A stretch of DNA of 27,323 nt, from assembly GCA_964479305.1 (NCBI GenBank), contig CAYZLE010000001.1, forward strand, positions 1-27,323, read 5' to 3'. The stretch comes from an uncultured Gammaproteobacteria bacterium. GTDB taxonomy: Bacteria > Pseudomonadota > Gammaproteobacteria > HTCC5015. Numbering within the stretch: position 1 is the stretch's first letter; every line of letters begins with the position of its first letter. Position numbers and translations under genes: made by a program. The notes beneath the pieces are model-generated. The model was given only the letters and a program-made list of their open reading frames with translations. It was not told the origin of the DNA and searched no databases. Of this stretch, positions 18,014-27,323 are shown one piece after another.

Positions 18014-20040
18014 GCTGCCAATCCTGTGTCCTTTAATAATGCGTCTATAGAAGGTTCACGACCCCTAAACTTTATAAACAATTCCATGGCCTTCTCCGAG
18101 CCACCTTTTTGTAATATATTTTGTAAAAACTGCTTGCCTGCTTTTTCACTAAATACGCCTTCTTCCTTGAACAACTCAAAGGCGTCTGCAGACAATACTT
18201 CTGCCCACTTATAGCTGTAGTAACCAGCCGCATAGCCACCTGCAAAAATATGAGAAAAACCATTTTGAAAACGATTCCATTCTGGTGGTTTAATAACAGC
18301 AACTTCATTTCTTACTGCATCAAGTGTTTCTTGAACTTGTTTAGCACTTTCTATTTTTGGGTTTGCATGTATAGCTAAATCAAACAATGAAAATTCTACT
18401 TGTCTTAGTAATTGCATAGCAGCTTGAAAGTTTTTGCCCGCAATCATTTTTGTATACATATCATCAGGCAGGCTTTCACCTGTTTCATAATGCTTTGCAA
18501 ATAAGTTTAAAGCTTCACGTTCCCACGCCCAGTTTTCCATAAACTGTGATGGTAGTTCAACCGCATCCCACTCTACTCCAGCAATACCAGATACTGCAGG
18601 GTAATCAACTTCTGTAAGCATGTGATGCAGACCGTGACCAAACTCATGGAACAAAGTAATAACCTCGTCATGAGTAAAGAGAGCTGGCTTGCCATCTAAT
18701 GGCGGCGTTAAATTACAAGTCATGTAAGCAACGGGTAGTTGTAGTGCGTCGCTTAATTTAAAACGGCTTAAACAAACATCCATCCACGCACCACCTCGTT
18801 TATTTTCACGCGCGTATAAATCAAAATAGAAGCCTGCTATTTTTTCATCTTGCTGGTTATATACATCATAAAATTTTACATCTTTATGATAAGTACTTTG
18901 TTCATCACTTACTTTAATCGTAACTCCATACAAACGATTCACGATAGTAAACAAACCATTGATAACTTCGTGTTCTGGGAAGTACGGCTTTAATGCTTCT
19001 TGTGAAAGCTCGTAAAGCTCAATACTTAATTTTTCTGAGTAATAAGCGGTGTCCCAAGGCTGCAGTGTTTCGCCTTGTAAACTTTTAGCTGCATACTCAT
19101 GTAGTTCTTTTAAATCTTTTTGTGCTGATGCTTTAGCTTTGCTAGCAAGGTCTAATAAAAAACTTTGTACGGTTTTCGTATCCTTAGCCATTTTTGTATA
19201 AATAGAACGTTCAGCATAATTTTCAAAACCTAAGAGCTTAGCTGCTTCTTGTCGCAAGCTTAAAATTTCTGCAATAACGTCATCGTTGTTGAATTCTGCT
19301 TTATTATTTTTTTGATTAGAAGCTCGTGTGCTAAATGCTGTGTACATTTTTTGACGCAACTCACGATTATCAGCATAAGTCATAACTGCAATGTAGCAAG
19401 GCATTTGCAAGTTAAGCATAAAGCCTTTTTTGTCTGCTTGTGCCGCTGCTGCTTCTGCCATACTTACGGCGTAATCAGGCAAGCCCGCTAATTCATTTTT
19501 ATCTGTTATATGTAATGACCATGCTTTAGTAGCATCTAAAACATTCTGTTCAAACTTTGAAGTTAAAGCTGAAAGTTTTTGTTTAATTTCTTTATAGCGT
19601 GCTTTTTCTTTTTCGGGCAAAGCAACACCGCTAAGCTTAAAGCCATCAACTTCATCTTCTAAAATTTTTATTTGAGTAGCATTTAGTTTTTTATTTTTTG
19701 CTTTCTCTAAAACAGATTTTATTGCTTCGTATAAGCCAGCATTTTGACCCATCTCTGTTGAATAAATACTAAGCTCTTCTAGGCAACTGTCATAAGCATC
19801 GCGAAGTTCATCTGTATTCATTACCGAATTCATGTGGCCTATAGGAGACCAGAAGCGACTTATGTCATCATTAATTTTATCTAAAGGAATAATTAAATTT
19901 TCCCAGGTAAAATCTTTTTGTTTTAAAAGAGACTTAACTTCATTACGGTTGCGATTAAGCAAACCCAGCAAAGTTGTTTTAATATTAGACGGTTCCAGTG
20001 ACCCAAAGTCGGGCAAAGTATTGAAGGCATTCGGTGTCAT
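18010..20040 (-). CDS. prlC: Oligopeptidase A (M3 peptidase)
   Basis: LKPYFP, KRGGAWMD, TLFHEFGHGLHH, WDAVELPSQFMENW, FSHIFAGGYAAGYYSYKWAEVLSADAF. Confidence 0.95.
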   Translation of the reverse strand: MTPNAFNTLPDFGSLEPSNIKTTLLGLLNRNRNEVKSLLKQKDFTWENLIIPLDKINDDISRFWSPIGHMNSVMNTDELRDAYDSCLEELSIYSTEMGQNAGLYEAIKSVLEKAKNKKLNATQIKILEDEVDGFKLSGVALPEKEKARYKEIKQKLSALTSKFEQNVLDATKAWSLHITDKNELAGLPDYAVSMAEAAAAQADKKGFMLNLQMPCYIAVMTYADNRELRQKMYTAFSTRASNQKNNKAEFNNDDVIAEILSLRQEAAKLLGFENYAERSIYTKMAKDTKTVQSFLLDLASKAKASAQKDLKELHEYAAKSLQGETLQPWDTAYYSEKLSIELYELSQEALKPYFPEHEVINGLFTIVNRLYGVTIKVSDEQSTYHKDVKFYDVYNQQDEKIAGFYFDLYARENKRGGAWMDVCLSRFKLSDALQLPVAYMTCNLTPPLDGKPALFTHDEVITLFHEFGHGLHHMLTEVDYPAVSGIAGVEWDAVELPSQFMENWAWEREALNLFAKHYETGESLPDDMYTKMIAGKNFQAAMQLLRQVEFSLFDLAIHANPKIESAKQVQETLDAVRNEVAVIKPPEWNRFQNGFSHIFAGGYAAGYYSYKWAEVLSADAFELFKEEGVFSEKAGKQFLQNILQKGGSEKAMELFIKFRGREPSIDALLKDTGLAA

Positions 20041-20042
20041 GC

Positions 20043-20828
20043 TTAGAGTCCGCTTTTAGATTTATAAGCAATAAGTGCAACAAAGGAAAGTAGTAATAAA
20101 ATAAATCCTGCTGCCAACATTAACTTACTTTGCTTAGCAAGTTTTTGATCTATCTTGTCGATATTTTCATTTGATATAAACAAAGGATGCTGTTTATTTT
20201 TCGGCGCCGAAATTAAACACTTAGCCCCTGTTTCTTGTTGATGCTTTTCAAGGTATGCCGGCACATTTGTAGCTTCACCTATAATGTGAATGTTTTCATT
20301 TGCTTGAACAATAACTTCTGTAAAACGATAATCCGCCAAGTTAGTGTTAGCCTGTTCTGTTCCTAAGCTTGGAATATTATTGGGCTTACTATCTGCCTCA
20401 TACCAAACGCGTTTTTGCACAGTTAGCCATTCGGCATCATCAGGATTTACTAAACAACTTTCACTGCCGTTTTTTAACAGGAAAACATCTGAACTTTGTT
20501 CACCATCAATTTGGTGATAAGAGTCTGGGCCTTCTTCATCTTCAAGCGGCTCTTCAATTGAATAGCTATACCAAACTGCGGGCGTTTTGCTTAAAGGTGA
20601 ATAGGTTTCAGCATTAGACAATGATGATACTTGGCCTTTAACTTTTACCGTTTGTGTTTGAGTAAACGAATGTAAAGAAGAGTATTGAAGGTTTGTAAGT
20701 AAGCCTGCCTGTGTGTGCTTTTGCATTGCAAAGTATAAAAGAACACCTCCAAACAAACAGGCAATCATTGCATAAGATTTTAATTTTGACGGGCTCATAT
20801 CAGCAAACAACTCTAGCAGTAAATCCAT
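20043..20828 (-). CDS. Two-TM protein with a probable GIDE (MUL1/SP1-like intermembrane) domain
   Basis: TM - V.VKG.V...SPLS..P.VWY.Y.IEE...F.L..G...CLVNP..AE...FTE......I.IIG - TM layout, recalled from bacterial GIDE proteins. Not verified by HMM. Confidence 0.55.
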   Translation of the reverse strand: MDLLLELFADMSPSKLKSYAMIACLFGGVLLYFAMQKHTQAGLLTNLQYSSLHSFTQTQTVKVKGQVSSLSNAETYSPLSKTPAVWYSYSIEEPLEDEEGPDSYHQIDGEQSSDVFLLKNGSESCLVNPDDAEWLTVQKRVWYEADSKPNNIPSLGTEQANTNLADYRFTEVIVQANENIHIIGEATNVPAYLEKHQQETGAKCLISAPKNKQHPLFISNENIDKIDQKLAKQSKLMLAAGFILLLLSFVALIAYKSKSGL

Positions 20829-20875
20829 ATCGTTAATTTATGCCTCGCTTAATTTTATCGTTAAAGAGAGGCCCG

Positions 20876-23461
<2,586 letters not shown>

Positions 23462-23476
23462 TTATTAGATAACACT

Positions 23477-23485
23477 TTATCCACA
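23477..23485 (+). promoter_or_regulatory. Perfect DnaA box in the recF-gyrB spacer
   Basis: TTATCCACA. Confidence 0.65.
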
Positions 23486-23505
23486 GCTTTTAAACATTCG
23501 AGACA

Positions 23506-23521
23506 TGTTCCACGTGGAACA
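23506..23521. promoter_or_regulatory. parS site 1 (intergenic)
   Basis: Perfect palindrome TGTTCCACGTGGAACA, matching the bacterial parS consensus. Confidence 0.9.
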
Positions 23522-23551
23522 CGGGAGCCGAAGAAAGAGTAAAGCAAACAC

Positions 23552-24628
23552 TTATTGGTTTGTGATTACACCCTGTTTCACGTGGAACAATTTAGTGTTT
23601 TCCGACGCTTCACTCAAAGATAAACTATTAACGTCGATACAAGTAATAAACAACTGCGTGTTCAGTTTAGATAAAGTACTAAAGACTGTTTCCCTACGGT
23701 CGGCGTCCAACTCTGAAGCAAAGTCATCGAACAACAAAGCGCAAGGTTTATTAGTTTGTTGTGAGTATGTTTTGATTTGAGCCAGTGTCATCAAAACAAC
23801 TAGGTTTTTTAATTGCCCTCTCGACAAGAACTCTGTGGCCTGGTGTTTGTCAGTAAAAAAACGAATGTCAGCTCTATGCGGTCCAGCGCTAGTAAAGCCC
23901 TGCTTTTTATCCCTGTCTAAGTTTTTATCTAATACAAGCTGAAGGTCTTCTTTTATATCCCAGCCCGGCTGATAATCTACTTCTAGCTCAGCATCTGGAA
24001 ATAGTTCGCCTTTTAAGTTTTGTGTGTTTGTTAGTAAAACATCTAAATAAGTACTGCGATATTGATGTAACTCCGAACCGGACTCTGCCAATTGCTTATC
24101 CCACAGTTTAATTTGAGAATCAGCAAGTCTTGACTTAATAGCAGCATTTCGTTGTTTTAATACCGTATTATAGTTTTGCCAGACTTTATGAAAACCATGT
24201 TCCACGTGGAACACTCCCCAATCTATAAAGCGGCGCCGATTACTGGGAGAGCCCGAAATAAGCTCGTCACTTTCAGGGTGAATTATGCGTAAAGGAAATT
24301 GCTGAGCTAAATGAGAAGCCTTGCTGACTTTCTCTCGATTAACATGAAGTTCTACTTGAGAACCCTGTCTTTGGTAGCCTAAGGGTATTTTTACATTATC
24401 ATCTTCAAGAATACCTGCAACTAAGCAGCTTTTCTTTTTATATTGAATAATGTCTTGAAAACGTCGACTTCTAAAGGATCGGCCTGTGCCGAGTATATGT
24501 AAAGCTTCTAGAATAGAGCTTTTACCGCTAGCATTAGCGCCATGAAAAACATTAATGCCAGCAGATAAAGGTAGGGTTTGGTCGCTTAAGTTTCTAAGCC
24601 CTTGAACAGTTAAACGGGATAAATGCAC
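23552..24628 (-). CDS. recF: DNA replication/repair protein RecF
   Basis: GTG start; GANASGKSSILEAL..L..GRSFR, RRRFIDWG.FH, GPHRAD, LSRGQ.K, LLFDD..SELD. Confidence 0.97.
   Translation of the reverse strand: MHLSRLTVQGLRNLSDQTLPLSAGINVFHGANASGKSSILEALHILGTGRSFRSRRFQDIIQYKKKSCLVAGILEDDNVKIPLGYQRQGSQVELHVNREKVSKASHLAQQFPLRIIHPESDELISGSPSNRRRFIDWGVFHVEHGFHKVWQNYNTVLKQRNAAIKSRLADSQIKLWDKQLAESGSELHQYRSTYLDVLLTNTQNLKGELFPDAELEVDYQPGWDIKEDLQLVLDKNLDRDKKQGFTSAGPHRADIRFFTDKHQATEFLSRGQLKNLVVLMTLAQIKTYSQQTNKPCALLFDDFASELDADRRETVFSTLSKLNTQLFITCIDVNSLSLSEASENTKLFHVKQGVITNQ
23574..23589. promoter_or_regulatory. parS site 2 (in recF 3' end, encodes FHVKQ)
   Basis: TGTTTCACGTGGAACA. Confidence 0.9.
24198..24213. 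promoter_or_regulatory. parS site 3 (inside recF, encodes FHVEH)
   Basis: TGTTCCACGTGGAACA. Confidence 0.9.
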
Positions 24629-24643
24629 AAGTTAAAAACTAAT

Positions 24644-25747
24644 TTATAGACGCATTGGCATAATAACGTTCTTGCAGTTAACTAAGCCTTTTTCTTGTAT
24701 TAAACAACTGCTTTTAGAATCAATAAGCCCAAACTCAACATTCTCAGAGTCAATGTTATTTAGCACGTCAATTAAGTAAGTTACATTAAAACCAATATCA
24801 ATCTCATCGCCAGAGTAATTAATCTCTACTTGATCAAGTGCTTCTTCTTGGTCTGGGTTTTGAGCTTCAATTTGAAGTTGGCCCGGTTCAAACTTTAAGC
24901 GCACGCCCTTGTACTTCTCATTAGATAAAATTGAAGTTCGTTGTAATGACTGCTTTAACAAGTCGCGGTCAATAATGGCAATATGTTTAACTTCAGCAGG
25001 AACAACACGACTGTACTCAGGGAAGCGACCATCTATTAACTTAGATGTCATAACCAAGCCATCAATAACAAATTGAATATGGTTTTTAGACAAGCGAACA
25101 GTTACTGCATCTTCAGAGTCTTTACTTAAGAAACGCTGTAATTCTAAAATACCTTTACGAGGAACAATAACCTGCATGTTATCTATAGAGCCTGTATCTA
25201 AAGGGTTTTCAGAAAGTGATAAGCGATGCCCATCAGTAGTAACGGTAAGCAACTTGCCTTCTTCAATAGCTAACAATAAGCCATTTAAGTAATAACGCAC
25301 ATCTTGTTGCGCCATAGCAAAACTTGTTTTAGACAATTGTTGAGATAAAACATTTTGAGGTAAAGAAAACTCTACAGAGAAGTCCATCTTGTCTAGCGAA
25401 GGAAAATCTTTACTTGGTAAAGCAGCAAGACTAAAACGGCTACGGCTTGAAGTAAGAATTGCTTTAGTATCATCAACATTCAAATTAATTAAAGCATCAT
25501 CAGGTAAGTTCTTCGTGATATCAGCAAGCTTACGAGCTGAAATTGTAAACTCACCATCTTGATCAGCAGAGGCGTTTGTTTCACAAACAAGTTCAATTTC
25601 TAAATCAGTTGCTGTAAGCACTAATTTTTCGCCTGTCATTTTAAAGAGGATGTTCCCTAAAATAGGCATCGTTTGTTTTCTTTCTACTGCACCTATTACA
25701 TTTTGTAAGGGTGTTAATAATTGTTCTCTACTGATGGTTAGTTTCAT
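24644..25747 (-). CDS. dnaN: DNA polymerase III beta clamp (alternative start 25753)
   Basis: QT.PIL.N, ATDLEIE, FAMAQQDVRYYLNG, TDGHRL, SKLIDGRFPEY, IGFNV.YL, VIMPMRL. Confidence 0.97.
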   Translation of the reverse strand: MKLTISREQLLTPLQNVIGAVERKQTMPILGNILFKMTGEKLVLTATDLEIELVCETNASADQDGEFTISARKLADITKNLPDDALINLNVDDTKAILTSSRSRFSLAALPSKDFPSLDKMDFSVEFSLPQNVLSQQLSKTSFAMAQQDVRYYLNGLLLAIEEGKLLTVTTDGHRLSLSENPLDTGSIDNMQVIVPRKGILELQRFLSKDSEDAVTVRLSKNHIQFVIDGLVMTSKLIDGRFPEYSRVVPAEVKHIAIIDRDLLKQSLQRTSILSNEKYKGVRLKFEPGQLQIEAQNPDQEEALDQVEINYSGDEIDIGFNVTYLIDVLNNIDSENVEFGLIDSKSSCLIQEKGLVNCKNVIMPMRL

Positions 25748-25753
25748 TTCCAT

Positions 25754-26025
25754 TCTCTTTCTGTCTAATTATTAATATATATGTTATTTATTAAATATTA
25801 TTATTATTAGTAAGGCCTGTTTTTGTTAACAAGTCTAAATAATCTTTATAAATCAAACACTTAAATTGGTTTTTGCCTTGAACTTTTAGTTCAGAAACAT
25901 CTTTTTAGCTTGTGGATAAGTTGTGCTTGTTTTACCCTCTTAAACTTACTTACAAAACAATGACAAACTATTCACAGTTTCAACATCAGCTTAAACACAA
26001 GTTATTCACAATGCGCTAAATGTCG
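25754..26025. other. oriC: Probable chromosomal replication origin (oriC) in the dnaA-dnaN spacer
   Basis: AT-rich tract 25766-25813; TAT-TAT-TAT-TAT-TAG-TAA-GGCC-TGT at 25796-25820; IHF consensus at 25851-25863; DnaA boxes TGTGGATAA (25911-25919) and TTATTCACA (26002-26010); one-mismatch boxes CTATTCACA (25968-25976) and TTAAACACA (25991-25999). Confidence 0.7.
25851..25863 (+). promoter_or_regulatory. IHF binding site
   Basis: AATCAA-ACAC-TTA matches WATCAANNNNTTR exactly, with an AT-rich flank on the 5' side. Confidence 0.6.
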
Positions 26026-27323
26026 CTAACTTGTTAGTTTTCTATCCAATTTAATGTAATCTTCGTCGATCGTGTAATTTTCTTTTCTTAATTCTTTAAT
26101 TTTACGACAAGCGTGAAGAGCAGTTGTATGGTCTCTTCCGCCAAAAGCATCGCCAATTTCAGGCAAGCTATGGTTCGTTAATTCTTTTGCTAGCGCCATT
26201 GCCATTTGTCGTGGACGCGTAATAGAGCGACTACGGCTTTTAGACAAGAGGTCACGTTGAGCAATCTTATAGTATTCAGCTACCGTTTTTTGAATATTTT
26301 CAATGGTAACCTGGCGGTCTTGTAAAACAATTAAATCGCGTAAAGTATCACGTGCAAAGTCTAGGGTAATATCTTGGCCACTAAAGTGTGCGTTAGCAAT
26401 AACACGTTTAAGAGCCCCTTCTAGTTCTCGTACATTAGTACGTAAACTTTTAGCCATAAAGAAAGCAACATCACTTGGTAAGCGAGTTTGTGCCGCATCT
26501 GCTTTTGTTTGCAAAATAGCTACACGTGTTTCAAGTTCTGGTGGATCAATACAAATAGCTAAACCAGAACCAAAGCGAGATTTTAAGCGTTGGTCGAGGC
26601 CATCCACTTCTTTCGCATTACGGTCACTGGTTAAAATAACTTGGTTTTGCCCTTCTAATAAAGCATTAAAGGTGTGAAAGAACTCTTCTTGAGAGCGGTC
26701 TTTCTTGGCAAAAAATTGAATATCGTCAATAAGTAAAGCGTCAACGGATCGATATAGACTTTTAAAGTCGTTAATTGCGTTGTGTTGTAAAGCTTTAACC
26801 ATATCGCCCACAAAACGCTCAGAATGTAAATATACAACGCGAGCATCTGGCTTTGAACGCAAAATTTCATTACCTACAGCATGCATTAAATGCGTTTTAC
26901 CTAAACCAACACCGCCATATAAAAATAAAGGGTTGTAACCGCCACCTGGGTTTTGGCTTACTTGTTGCGACGCTGCGCGCGCTAGCTGGTTAGATTTACC
27001 TTCAACAAAGCTGTCAAAAGTAAAAGCAGGGTTAATATTGTGATTAATCTGCGGTAATAAATCTTTGGTTTCAACCACTGTAGAGTCAATGGCAGAATTA
27101 TTTGTTTCGTAAATAGGCGTATTAACCGCGCCACCTACTTCAAGAGAAACACTGTTAATACCGTTTGTGTCGGCTAGCTCAGCTATGCGAGCATAAAAAT
27201 TACGGTTTACAGAGTCAACAACAAATTGGTTGGGCGCAAGCAAACGCAAAACACCACCCACAGCAGTTCCCTGCAAAGGTCGTATCCACGTATTTAAGTC
27301 TTGTTCAGACAGTTCTACCTCTA
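26026..27323 (-). CDS. dnaA: Chromosomal replication initiator DnaA (5' end outside window)
   Basis: The frame stays open to the window edge ([17 protein letters not shown]), so the ORF-track start at 27276 is not the real one. [42 protein letters not shown]. Confidence 0.98.
   Translation of the reverse strand, partial: EVELSEQDLNTWIRPLQGTAVGGVLRLLAPNQFVVDSVNRNFYARIAELADTNGINSVSLEVGGAVNTPIYETNNSAIDSTVVETKDLLPQINHNINPAFTFDSFVEGKSNQLARAASQQVSQNPGGGYNPLFLYGGVGLGKTHLMHAVGNEILRSKPDARVVYLHSERFVGDMVKALQHNAINDFKSLYRSVDALLIDDIQFFAKKDRSQEEFFHTFNALLEGQNQVILTSDRNAKEVDGLDQRLKSRFGSGLAICIDPPELETRVAILQTKADAAQTRLPSDVAFFMAKSLRTNVRELEGALKRVIANAHFSGQDITLDFARDTLRDLIVLQDRQVTIENIQKTVAEYYKIAQRDLLSKSRSRSITRPRQMAMALAKELTNHSLPEIGDAFGGRDHTTALHACRKIKELRKENYTIDEDYIKLDRKLTS

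Noticed and set aside
23505-23780. Plus-strand ORF starting MFHVEH, antisense to recF
   Set aside because: The ATG and FHVEH come from the parS palindrome itself; there is no RBS or recognisable domain.

Overview
This is an AT-rich gammaproteobacterial chromosome segment next to the replication origin. It is mostly housekeeping genes, with no mobile element, CRISPR array, rRNA or tRNA detectable by eye. Plus strand, left part: ccmH (partial), ccmI, a thiG-like gene, trmB, an SLC13/TrkA-C permease, phnA/yjdM, then a short Cys-Cys ORF with a terminator ahead of an EamA/DMT transporter. Minus strand: argH, a single-domain asparaginase and DUF1456. Plus strand, middle: fimS/algZ-algR-hemC-hemD-hemX-hemY and an SDR epimerase. 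Minus strand, right part: dnaA (partial), dnaN, recF, gyrB, a GIDE-like membrane protein, prlC, an SH3 protein, xth and an orphan ParA. The three most notable observations: (1) a candidate cysteine-sensing leader-peptide attenuator upstream of the EamA transporter; (2) an intact but catalytically eroded ThiG homolog with no adjacent thiS; (3) a probable oriC between dnaA and dnaN with DnaA-trio-like repeats, GGCC, an IHF site and DnaA boxes, plus three parS sites in and just after recF. Product calls come from recognising motifs from memory; no database searches were run.
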